A DNA stretch of 64,000 nucleotides, taken from assembly GCA_964016885.1 (NCBI GenBank), contig OZ024742.1, positions 98,084,001 through 98,148,000 of the forward strand, in the 5' to 3' direction. The notes under the pieces were generated by a model. That model was not told the DNA's origin, did not search any database, and saw only the letters and a program-made list of their open reading frames with translations. The stretch is from Eledone cirrhosa (Eukaryota). This document shows positions 25,213-38,148 of this stretch, piece after piece; positions within the stretch are counted from its first letter, which is position 1, and each line of letters begins with the position of its first letter. The translations under genes were made by a program, and so were the position numbers.

Positions 25213-27249
25213 AATAAATAATGTAATTCAGTTAGAGTATGTAACAGAATAATGAAACTTAGAATTATTATTGGCAACGAACACTAACAGTGGTTTTTTA
25301 ATGTGTATCATAATTACGAATAGCTAGTGAAACAAAAGGCTAGTTAAATAAGATTGTTCCTACAAGCTGCCTGATTAACTAGTTCTTACATAAGAGTAAG
25401 CCAATGTACTCAGCATTTGTCGGCCAGACGTCCTTAGACTGAGTACCACGTTATTCAATCTGGTCATCATTCAGAAAAATAATTGTAGTAGAATGACTTA
25501 TGACAAAGTACTACACTACAAGGAAAGGCGGATGTTGTTTAGTAAACCAGTTCAAGCTATTGAAGTTTGCAAATTTAAATTAAAATAATGGTAACATCGA
25601 TGAAAATTACAAGGATGGTTGTAATGATGAATATAAAGGCGTTTGTGGTGTCTGTGGTGACAATAATGACGATGTTGATGATGATGATGATGCGAATGAT
25701 AATGATGACGATGCCGGTGAAACTGATGATATGAGAAGAGATTTCTTGTCTGTCGCAGATAAGAAAGATACGTGGGCGTGACCGAGTTTTAAAAAGAATG
25801 ATAATAGAGATAAATGAGGATGATGATGATGATGACAACAACAAGATAAATGATAAGGAAAAAACAAAACTGAAAAAAAATCAACAACACCGAAAGACAG
25901 GAAAAGAAAACAAAATAAAAAGAAGTGAGGAATACAGAAATATAAGATATTTCATTTTTTCCATTTAGTGCAGGTCGATATCGTGTGTTCCGGGACTGTC
26001 GCTCTCCGACAAATTGAGAGGATAGAATCATGTCTCATTAAGAAATAACGTGAGGAGGAATGGCTGATAAAGTGGGTGTCACTAGTTGTTCTCAGTGGCA
26101 ACGTCTTTGTTATCTTCTCGACAGCATTCAGCACTGTGAAGTGTTTACTCTCCAAATTAAATGGTGTCGTCATACCTGAGATGGGCTGAAAGATGCAATG
26201 CTATTCCTCGCTCTTCTCCTCAGTTAGTCTAATGCAATGCCATCCGTGGAGCGCAGCTGAAATATGCTATCGAGCACGACTGGAGGTTTTGATCCCCAAA
26301 TTGAAATGATTGCATCACATCTCAGACGGAGTGGCTGAGGCAGTGACTATCGCTGGCAGTTCAGAGCGGCAACTATTCCACGATCTTATACACGGGGTGC
26401 AGCTGTCTTTTCATTTTGGTACTGAAGGTATGGATTTTTTTTTTTATTAAAATCGGAAAAGATGCAGAAGACAGAAGAGAAAGAGGTAGATGAAGAGGAG
26501 AGACAACGGGAAAATGAATTAGTAAATACGAGATAAATATATTAATAACTTGTACAAGATCTATCTAGTTTTAATGATTCCTGCAATAAAATGTTAATTA
26601 ACTTCTTAAAATAGACACGTTTACTGGATGCAATTTATTTTGTTTGGTTTCCTTTTTGTATTGTTTCCCTGTCCTTATTTACCTGCTATTGTTGTTGTTA
26701 TTTTTGTTGTTATTTTTGTTGTTATTTTTGTTGTGGCTTCTGTTATTATTGTTGTTATTGCTGTTAGTGTTGTGGTTATTTTTACTGCAGCTATTGTGAT
26801 TGTAGTTACTGTTATTGTTATTTCTGTTGCTCCAGTTATTATTCCTGGTAGTATTGTTTTGTTGTTGAAGTTACTGTACTGTTTTGTTCTTGATACTGCT
26901 GTTGTTGTTGTTGCCCCTGTTGCTAATTGTGTGGTTGAACATTTTCTTGCTGTTGTTGATTTTACTGCTGCTATTTCTGTTGTTGTTTTTATTGCTGATT
27001 ATCTTGTTGATGTTGATGATGTTGTTGTTGTCGTTGCTATTTCAGTTGTTATGCCTGCTATACTTCTTAATATTGTTGTTGTGGTTGATTTTACTGCTGC
27101 TAGTTTCATTGTTGTTATTGTTATTTGTTTGCTGTTGTTCTTATTATTGTTAGTATTGATGATGTTCTTTTTGTTGTTGTTCCTACTATTATTTTCTTGT
27201 TACTGTTGTTGCTGCTGTTTTAGTACGTATTGTTGCTGGTGTTGAAAGT

Positions 27250-27620
27250 ATTGCTGCTGTTGTTGCATGTATCATTACTGCTGTTGTTATACGTATTGTT
27301 GCTGCTGTTGTTATACGTATAGTTGCTGCTGTTGTTATACGTATTATTGCTGCAGTTGTTGTACGTATATCTGCTGCTGTTGTTATACGTATTGTTGCTG
27401 CTGTTGTTATACGTATAGTTGCTGCTGTTGTTCACGTATTATTGCTGCAGTTGTTGTACGTATATCTGCAGCTGTTGCTGTACATATTGTTGCTGCTGTT
27501 GTTGTATGTATTGTTGCTGCTGTTGTTGTACGTATATCTGCTGCTGTTGCTGTACGTATTGTTGCTGCTGTTGTTGTATGTATTGTTGCTGCTGTTGTTG
27601 AACGTATTATTGCTGCTGCT
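27250..27620. repeat. 24-bp minisatellite within a (GTT/GCT)n low-complexity block
   Basis: Unit ~CTGTTGTTATACGTATTGTTGCTG, more than 10 variable copies. Confidence 0.85.
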
Positions 27621-27979
27621 ACTGTTTTGGTTGTTGGTGTTTATGTTTTCGCTGTTTCTGCTATTACACTCCTTGCTTTTGCTCTTACTGTAGTCTTATT
27701 GTGGTCATCACTGCTGTTGTTGGATTGTGATATGGCTGTTATTCCTGTTATTGTTTTTGCTACACTTCTTGGTTTTGCTGATGTTGTTGTTGCAGCGTCA
27801 TTTAATGTTGTCGTTATTGCAGCGGTATGTGCAGTTGTTGTTGTTGTGTTTGCTATTGCTGTTGCATGAGCTTTAAGAATTAATTTGAATGAATAAATAT
27901 TGAACGTTTACGAGAACAATATCAACAACAAAAACAACAGCGTCAACAACAAAAACAGAAAAAAATGTCCTGTAATGTT

Positions 27980-29190
27980 GGTTGGAGGGGAAAGTCAATT
28001 ATATCCATCCCAGTATTGAGTGGTACTTTATTTTATAGACCCCAAAGATGAAAGTCAAAGTTGACTCTCGCTGGATTTGAACTCAGAATATATGAGTCGT
28101 AGCTAAACACTACAAAATATTGTTCTCAACGCTCTACTTATATTAACAATTCACTACCCGAAATTAGAAAAATATTAATAATCAAAACAGCAGCAACATC
28201 AACAACATTAAAAACAACGGCAACAACGTTGGTAACTACAATAATAAATGAGAAGATTTTCTGATACAGGAACAAGGCTAGCAATGTAGGAAACAAGAGA
28301 ACATGTTGACTTCCACTGCATATGAGATTATAACTTAAACAAATAGTGTTGAGCAGATGTCAGACACTCTGACAACTCTATCAATCCACCGTCCTTAATT
28401 ATCTCTTATTTAATCGTAATGGTTTCTGATTTAGCCACAAGGCCAGCAAATTTGGGGGAAATGGAAAGTCAATTAAATCTACCCTAGTGCATTACTTGTA
28501 CTTTATTTTATCGACCCCGCAACGATAAAAAGCAAAGGGGATTTGAACTCAGAACGTAAATAACCATAACTCTATGCCGCTAAGCATTTTGTCCGACGCT
28601 CAATTTAGAAGAGGTTGTCGATTAAGCCGGCCCATTACCTGTCTGGTACATTATTTTATCCACTCCAGAAGGATAAAAGGCAAGTTTGACATTGACAAAA
28701 TTTGAAACTAGAACCTAGAAAGCTGCAACTGCATATTGCAATGTATTCTGCCCGACAAACAAAAGATTCTCCTAATCCAGTGCCTTTATAAATAAATAAA
28801 ACTGTGAAGAACGACAATAAGGGTTTTGAATTTATGCAAAAGTAAGGTGAAGAAGTAAGCCAATTATAGAGAATGACTGGTACTTTATTTTGTCTAATCT
28901 AGAGGGATGAAAACTGAAGTTGACACCGGCCAAAATTAATCCCAAATTGTAAAAAGCCGAAAAACATACCTTAAATCATTTTGTCTAACAACCTAACGAT
29001 GTCACCGACACCTCCTCCGAAACTGGTTTATTTATCTTTAAGTATTGTTTCTAATTTTAGCGCAAGGTCATTATTTTATCGATCCCAGAAGAATGAAAGC
29101 CAAAACTGACCTCAGCAGTATTAGAACACAGAACGCTAGATGCTACAATGAATTTTCTCCGACGATTTATCGATTCCGGCAATCTACTAG
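27980..29190 (-). mobile_element. Array of diverged CORE-SINE copies
   Basis: Repeated variants of GTACTTTATTTTATCGACCC..GATGAAAG..AAAGTTGAC..GATTTGAACTCAGAA. Confidence 0.75.
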
Positions 29191-30572
29191 TCTCTACTTT
29201 TACTTTTTAATAATGGTTTCTAATTTTGGCAGATTCTTCCACTTCCATCTTTTCTTCCAACATTCCCTCCACAATCACGCCTCCATTTCCAGTATTCCTC
29301 TCAGTTCTCATCTTCATTCGACTTCCTCTTCTGTCATTCCTTTTTTTTTACTTTCCCAGTACTTACCTCTATTCTCTCCATGTTCCTCCACCATTTAATT
29401 ATATTCTCTTCTTACTTTCTTCTCTAATATACATCTCTCCACAAAAACAACAACCCAAACCTGTCTAAATAATTGATGTAAACTTATTGCCTCATCCCCA
29501 CCATAAATCAGGACACTAACATTATACATTGTTTGAAAAGGAAAGTTTATTGAACTGGTGTTTCACGGACCAAAACTAAATTTTCTTGAACTCTCAAGTA
29601 CAATTTTCATCCATCTCCAAACACACAGGTACACACACAAACGCATACACACACTATGAACAGCATCCTCATCACGTCATGATCATTAATCATCATCATC
29701 TTCATCGTCATCGTCATCATCTACATTATTATCACCGTCATCATCGTTATCACCATCGCCATAATATTTACCGCCATTGTCATCACTATCCTCATCATCA
29801 TCATCATCATCGTAGTTACTCCACGAAACCGCACAACACCAATGCCATCACCACTAACAACACGAGAGCACTACTACCGTCTTCATTAAATTTGTCGTCA
29901 TCATCATCATCCTCAACACCACCATCATCATCACCATTATCATCATCATAATGATGATTATCATCATCATCATCAACATCACCACCACCACCACCACCAC
30001 CACCACTGAACTGATTTGCTCTTCAACGTTATCATCATCAGCATCAGCATCACCACCAGCACCACTGGTTTGCTCTTCAACATTATCATCATTAGCATCA
30101 GCATCAGCAACCCCAACGTCGCCATCATCATTATCATTATCTCACCCCCTATTTTTCTAGATCCATCACAAATATTCTCTACTAGCTAGACAACAATGGT
30201 CATTTTATCTAGTCAGCCACCAACGATTATTTTCTCTTCCCTCTTATTTATTTTCATATTTATCAATTTATTCATCTATTCATTTTAGTAGTCATCCATA
30301 TCTATCAATTGATTTGCCTCATCCAATCACACACAGCTAACTCTATAATTGTTTCAGCGTTCAAGAACAAAAGACGCTGTTATCTCACAACTTTCGTGTC
30401 TGCATTCTTCATGTCTATGTCTTCACGCTCCACACTTTCGTTTTCATCTCTCTATGTATTAATTTATCTTAGTGTTATATGTATATTTATTTATATATTT
30501 ACACACACACAAACACGCACACACACACACACACAAGACACAAACACACACACAACACGCACAAACACACAC

Positions 30573-30610
<38 letters not shown>

Positions 30611-30630
30611 GTGTATATATATATATATAT

Positions 30631-30748
<118 letters not shown>

Positions 30749-32169
30749 CAAGAGTGACAGAGAGAGAGAGAGAGAGAGAGATTGAAAGGGAGTGCAAGGA
30801 AAATTAAAAGAGAAATATATAGAGACCTGTATTGAGACAATGAGAAGAAGTTTTCTAAGATACAAGAGATAGCTCTACTAACCATCAACAAAAATAGACA
30901 AGATTGAGTGATCAATGTATGTAAATAGAGACCATTTATGACTGCTATCTTATTTACATATAAACGTTATTTATGAGTTTTATGATACACATATGCACAC
31001 ATACACACAAACATATATTTATATATGTGATAAACAATACAATTACAAGAACGTACATACATTCATACATAGATACATACATAAACACATGCATAGATAC
31101 ATTCATGTGTGTGTCAGTGCATATATATATATATATAAATATATATATATTGGTTTCAGATACTAGAGAGCGATCATGCTGGAGCAACGCTATGATTTAG
31201 TTGATTATAGCAACGCCGGTACTCGTCTTTTTGTAAGCCTGTTACTTCTTTTATCTATCTCTTTCGAACTGCTAGTTAACTGGACATAAACACAGACACA
31301 GACACATTTGCGAAGACACACGCACAAAGCCCAGCCACACACAATCACTCACCCACCCACTCACACGTATATATATATATATATACGACAGGCCTCTGAT
31401 TGAAGTGATGTTGATGATAATGTTTAGGTGGTAGTGGTATTCTGAGCTTCTTGTAAAACTGGTATGTGTGTGTAAGGGATGTTGCTGGGACAGGAAAGTG
31501 ACTAAGAGTAGCTATAGAAGATGGTGGATGTATTAATTCAATCTACACAGTTTGGATGAAGGCTCGTGACCAACTGCAGAGGATTCTGTTATAACCATCG
31601 GAAGCTCTTCGGTTCGATACCTGGATCAAGAGGTACGTTTTCTCCTTGAACAACAATCTTCATTTCAGGTTGCTGAAGTCCATTCAGCTAGTAAATATGA
31701 ATTGCGATGTCGTCGATGCTAAACTCCATCGGGCTTTGCCGTTCCTTTCAAGAAAGTGTGCGTCGTAGAAAGAGGAGACGTGTAAATATGGGCGACTAAT
31801 GTTCTTCCACAAAACATTTTGTACAGGATTGACTTTTGGAGAGGAACATTCCAGGTTGCAAACCCATGGTCAATCATAACCGAAAGTGGCCTTTGTTACA
31901 CAGTTGCCCAACAACATTTAAATCAATATAAGCCTCAACTTGATGAACAACTGGGCTTAAGTCTTTCCTTAACTTTGAAAATATTCAAACATATTAAGGG
32001 ATTTAATAACATAACAACATTTCTCATTATTAAGGTGGGGCTTGACACTTAACGTCAGGAATGTACTTACATAAATTATCTTTGAAGGGTTTTAGATAGA
32101 TATAAATATTTCTCCCATCGTACAACCAAAATAGGTGTTTTATATCAAGAATGTTTAAGCGACTCCATA

Positions 32170-33080
32170 CTTTGCTACTACTTTATTTTATCGACTACAG
32201 TAAGTCGAATTTAAAGATGCCCTCTGCGAGATTTGAACATGTAATGAGTCGGAACAAACATAATAAATGTCTACCAATTCTGACAATCTGCTGCCTTAAA
32301 AACAACAATAATGTTTTATAATTCAGGCACAAGATCAGCAACTTTTATTTGGGATCGTGAAAATTGATTATATCGAACCCAGTTCTTGAATAGAACTTTA
32401 TTTTATCGATCCAGTAAGGATGAAAGAAAAAAGTTGACCACGGCAGGATTTAAATTGATAACGTAAAGGGCCATATTTAAATGCCACAAATCATTTTGTC
32501 CGAATATATCGCTACTACCAATCCGCCATGACAATAAAAATAATGATTTGTAATTTTGAACACTAGGCCATCAATTTGTGAGGCGGAAAACGTCGATAAT
32601 ATCGTCCGCAATTAATCACTACTAATTTATTGTACCAATCCAGGATGGATAAAATTCAAAGTTAACCTGTGCGGGATTTGAAATGAGAATATACAGAGCC
32701 GTAAACAAAAAGTATAAAGCATTTTGTTAACGGTCTAATATTTCTGCCAATCCACCAGTTTTTCGTGGATTTCTATTTTAGATATAATCAAACAATTTAA
32801 GGTAAGAGGCATGTCAATTTAATCAGCACCAGCTTTTTGGGGATACTCTATTTTATCAAACCTGGAAAATGAAAATTAAATTTGACCTTGCTGAGATTTG
32901 AAATTAAAACGTAAAGAGCTGGAGGAAATATCTGAAAGCCGTTCTTCTGGCGCTTCAAGAATTCTGTTAATCCACAAACCAGTGGTATATACTTGCATAC
33001 GGTACCATGCAATGTGACTGAACCCAATAGAGCATGTTTGTGAAGCGAACTCCTTATACAAACAACCATGCTTATATAAC
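32170..33080 (-). mobile_element. Array of diverged SINE copies
   Basis: About four CORE-SINE remnants, plus a piece of the second SINE family at ~32985-33080. Confidence 0.7.
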
Positions 33081-34581
33081 AAAAAGAAGAATAACAATAA
33101 AAACGAACTATACTAAGGAATGTTAATTGTAAAAATAGCGTCTCTTGAAAAACAATTACAAAATTACAAAATAAAAGGGTATTTTAGTCGGAGTGAAATT
33201 AAGTTAATCTATGTGAGGGTGGGGTGTAATTTATCTCAATGCAAAGCAGATTCTACAGAATAAGAGGAGACAAACTATGACATGATTTGGGTGTCGTATT
33301 GATTTATGTCATTGTAAATCTAAATTCCATTCTGTCTGTTTCTTGGGGTCATGTCAACAGAAAAAGGTCAGCACCTGTTTAGTTTAATTTATGGATTTTT
33401 AATTTCACCTCTGTTCTGTCTTTTTTTCATTTTTTTCTCACTCACTCTCTAAATATCTTCATTTCTTTATCTATTTCTTTTTTTCTTTCTTTTTTTCTGT
33501 CCTTTTTCTCTTTTCTCAATTTTCTATGTTTCCATCTTTCTTTCTTTCTCAATTTCTTTCTCTCCCTTTCGTTCTTTTACTTTCGTTGTTTTGTATCCTT
33601 TATTTTTTTATTTTTTTTACAGTTTATTTCTCTCATTCCCCATAAATGGAATGTGGTTTATAAACAACTTAGATTCCACGAAAATAATAGCACTTATCAC
33701 CGCAGAGACCCATTACTCCCACCACAGCCAACATCAATAGTAACAACACCATCACCATCTCTATTCTCATCAACTGCACCAACGCAACCATTGCCACCAT
33801 CAATAACAACAACACCACTATAAACAACAAAACTTTTCAATCATGTGAACTCACACTAAACTAATAATTCAATGTAATCACTATTGAGAACCTAATTTGG
33901 TGACTAAACAAAAGCAGTATCTGAGTGATCATCTTATTTTGGGGAATATTTTGGGGTTACAACAGATCCCAGAAATAGAGACCACAAAGATTCGCATCGA
34001 TTTCTAGTTTAGTTTAAAGAAATTTCATATTTAGCTGTATATATTTACGATGGAAGATAAATAATTTTTTTTTTTTAAATAAAGGGGGTGATGAAGGATT
34101 AGCAAATATATACTGGTCAGTCAAAGGCTGAGGAGAGTGCATAAACACTGCGTCCCAAGGATATAATAATGAAATCATTGCTTCTACGATGAGTCAGCGA
34201 TTCCCCTCACGGGACTGATTCCTCAGAGGCTAAGACATTGTCCAGATTTTACAGGAAACGATATTGCAATCAGGGGACCGAGGATCCCAGGGGTCATGAT
34301 GGCAAATATTATAATAAGTACAAGAAGGAAACCGTCAATACTTTCAATGTTCTATCCTCCTTTTGTTGCACAAACTTTGCCGGTCTGGTAAAATGTCAAA
34401 AGAGGTTTAACCAGTAATATGCAAATACTCATTGTTCTAAAAATACGAAAGGAAACGAAAATGGTGCAATCATCAAATCAGATAGAGTATGTTATGTTAT
34501 GATGAGTATTTTCATTGTTAACGTTAAATGCCGGTCACAACTCCCGAGAGAATGCACAACGTAGAATCATCATGCTACACT

Positions 34582-36330
34582 CTACAGGAATTGATGCTAC
34601 AATCTAAAATATAATAAAGTAAGGAGTGCGGCACTGCGTACGGTTTATTTCTTTTAATCCAGTTAGTAAAATAAGTTGGATTTTTTGAATAAGTAATGAA
34701 TAAATATTACATAATTTATCTACTAAATGTCGTAGCTGTTGATTACATATATTCTATTACTGATTTAAAGATTCACTCCTTTAAAGTTTGCAAATGTCAA
34801 CACTTCCGGTTAGCGATCGTTTAAATAAAGATTCATATGTGTCCGTCTTCTACTAATGCAGTTTATATATAATATCGTCTCTTCTTAATGTATCATGGAT
34901 TACGTTACTGATTACATAAGACAGTGTATTGCAGACTTCGTTTAATTTCTGTGTATATTGTCAATTGCGATTTTATTTGATGTATCGTATCTACATGTAT
35001 ATATACTTGCGTATAAAATCAACATGCACACCACACATGCTAGCAGAAAATCACCCGCAGGCTGGTTTTTTTCTGCTAGTCTTATTAATGTGAGTGGAAC
35101 ATCCTAAAAACGTGAAAGGCGCTAGTCGTCAAAGCAAACAGAGTTAAGCATGTTTCCATTGGTCTTCTAATCGGTAATTCAATCTGGCAGAAAGATCATT
35201 GCAAAATGAAATATTTCACGTAAAAAACCGCTGCCTGGTTCAGAAATGGAACCCACAAATTTATGATCAATAACCCAACATTTGAAACTTTAGGCCGCGC
35301 AGCCTCAGAGAAAAGAAGGAAAGGAATATTGATTTAGTCGGTCATAACAAACACCCTTTTCTTTCTTGTCTACCATTTATCTTATAGAATATTTTTTGTT
35401 GAAACACTGAATTACAAGACATAGACACGGACACGAACGTAAGCATATCCACAGAAACAAAACACACGCACACACTCACGCACATGCCCACGCAGACACA
35501 CACGTATACGAATTCACACACACACATTATCACACACACGCACAAACACCTCTATGTATGTGGTTATGCATATATATATATATATATATATGCATACCCA
35601 TATATATATATATACGAGGTGGGTCAGAAAAGTTCCAGGACTGATGTCACAAAAGATTTATTTCAAACCAAACTTCACACTAAGAGTTTTCTCCTTCAAA
35701 GTAATCCCCCTGGAGTATGTAATTGTAATCTTAGCTCTCTGCAGCTATCAATCTTTTTTCTTCATAATTTTATATACATGTCCTCTGTTTCAGGTCGTCA
35801 AGCAATGAACACGGAACAACGAACACACTTGAAAACTCCGCAGAAGCACTGGAATTGCTACAGCAAGTGTATGGAGATGAGACGATGTCACGCTCACGTG
35901 TTTTTGAGTGATGCAAGAGTTATAAAGAAGGACGCGAGGACGTGGAAGATGACCCCAGGAGCAGAAGGCCCTCAACAATGTTGAGCGCGTCAGGCAGATG
36001 ATGCGTAACGATCGTCGGCTGACTGTTTGACTGATGGCAAATGAGCTGGAAGATTCTCACTGGAGATTTGGACATGAGGAAAGTCTGCGCGAAGATGGTA
36101 CCAACACTGCTGAACGATGACCAGAAGGGTCGACGCATGCAAGTTTGCCAGGACATCCTCGGGCGTCTTGAAGCCGAACCAGACTTGTTAGGGACAGTCA
36201 TCACCGGACATTATTATTATTAATATTATTATTTTTATTGTCTACATTCCTTACATCAAATTAAAATATGTTGACAATCTTTTAATAATGTCTTCCTTGT
36301 GAAGTTTGTGGTCTTGTTTTGCTTAACTAA

Positions 36331-36373
<43 letters not shown>

Positions 36374-36968
36374 GTCATTATAATTAATTAGGGGATAGTT
36401 ATGCGGTCATAAACATATATCAATAAATATTGGTGTGAATAGGAGTAAGCTCCTGACGTCAGTATATAATTCTTAGTATGATATGGGATCATGCCGTTCT
36501 GCTAGCATGTGTAGTGTGCATATTGATATTATACGCAAGTATATATGCATGTAGATATGATACATCAAATAAAATCGTAATTGACAATATACACAGAAAT
36601 TGAACGAAGACTGTGTTACACTCTCTTATGTAACCATTAACGTAATCCATGATACATTAAAAAAAGACGATATTATATATAAACTGCATTAGGAGAAAAT
36701 TAGTAACGGAATATATGAATGTTTATTTAACCGGAAATGTCGACATTTCAAAAGTTTAAAGAAGAGAATCTTAAAATAAGCAACACAATTATTTATATTT
36801 AATCAAGAATAACAAAATTTAGTAGATAAATTATGTAATATTCCTTTATTATTTATTCAAATTAATCCAACTTATTTTACAAACAGGATAAAATAATACA
36901 TTCTAGACGCAGACCCGTACTCCTTACTTTACTATAGTTTAGATGAAGTAGAAATCAATAAGTTGTAG
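34582..36968. repeat. Large diverged inverted repeat (~460-bp arms)
   Basis: 34582-35048 is the approximate reverse complement of 36498-36968 (e.g. ATTACATAATTTATCTACTAAAT / ATTTAGTAGATAAATTATGTAAT). Confidence 0.8.
35615..36210 (+). mobile_element. 3'-truncated mariner (Tc1/mariner) transposon remnant
   Basis: TA|CGAGGTGGGTCAGAAAAGTTCC left TIR. Transposase pieces MNTEQR, EDVEDDPRSRRPST and ILTGDLDMRKVCAKMVPTLLNDDQKGRR..DLLGTVITG. It stops just before the first catalytic Asp. Confidence 0.88.
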
Positions 36969-37912
36969 TACACTACTTACTATTGATTACTTAATAGTTG
37001 TTATATGCACTTCCTTATTATCCGATACGAAATCTTAAGACTTCAAATGCGATGTATCGACCGCTGTTTCAACAAATTGCATCACTAAACTGTATACAGG
37101 TGTCTACTTTATGATAAAATCTTATCTGATCGTTTCAATTTATGAAACTGATACAGCAGAAATATGCATAATTGATATTTCATAAAAAATATGATGTAGT
37201 GAAGTACCACATTATTGCCGTCTATACATAAAACAGTACATATATATATTTATTGCTTTGGCCTTATCGCTGTTTACTGTCGGCAGGGTGGTACCGTCAT
37301 TGCGACGACTACGATCTGTATTCAAGACGCTGGTCTGTGTTTTTGCTGAGGTTGTCGTTGTAAGTGTTTACTGTAGCTGTTGCTTTAGTTGTTGTTGTCA
37401 ATAGGGTGGTGGTATCACCACGACTATTGCGGCCAGTTTGGACAGCATTGGTTGGTGGTCTGCGGTCATTGTCGTTATTGTTGTTGTCGTTGTCGTTGTT
37501 GTTGTTGTTGTAGTTGTTGTTGTTGTAGTTGTTGTCTATAGGTGGTTGTCAACAACATATATACCCCCCCCCCTCAGAGCTACATTTATTGCTTCCACTG
37601 TCTACTGGTTTTGGATGCACACAGTTCTTCTTTCTTTTCGTCTGTTCTCGTTGATATCTTTTTCTAGCAAACACGACGGCTGGCAAACCCTTCAAGGAAC
37701 TCATATGTATGCTGGGAACACAGGTATTAGGACGTGTGTTTTCCTGCCAGTGACATATCAAACATATGGATTTTCATCTGAGGAAACCGTTCTCATAATC
37801 AACAGCAAATGCATGAAGGACATCTCAATTGCATGGAGAACCGTGGAAATAATTATGATTAAACTATATATGTAACCTGAGCATCTTATTTTGTTATTTT
37901 TATACACACACA

Positions 37913-38045
<133 letters not shown>

Positions 38046-38046
38046 G

Positions 38047-38108
<62 letters not shown>

Positions 38109-38109
38109 C

Positions 38110-38148
<39 letters not shown>

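Noticed and set aside
26628-27869. 200-aa hydrophobic Val/Ala/Ile ORFs that look like membrane proteins
   Set aside because: They derive from (GTT/GCT)n low-complexity sequence and a 24-bp minisatellite; no domain signal.
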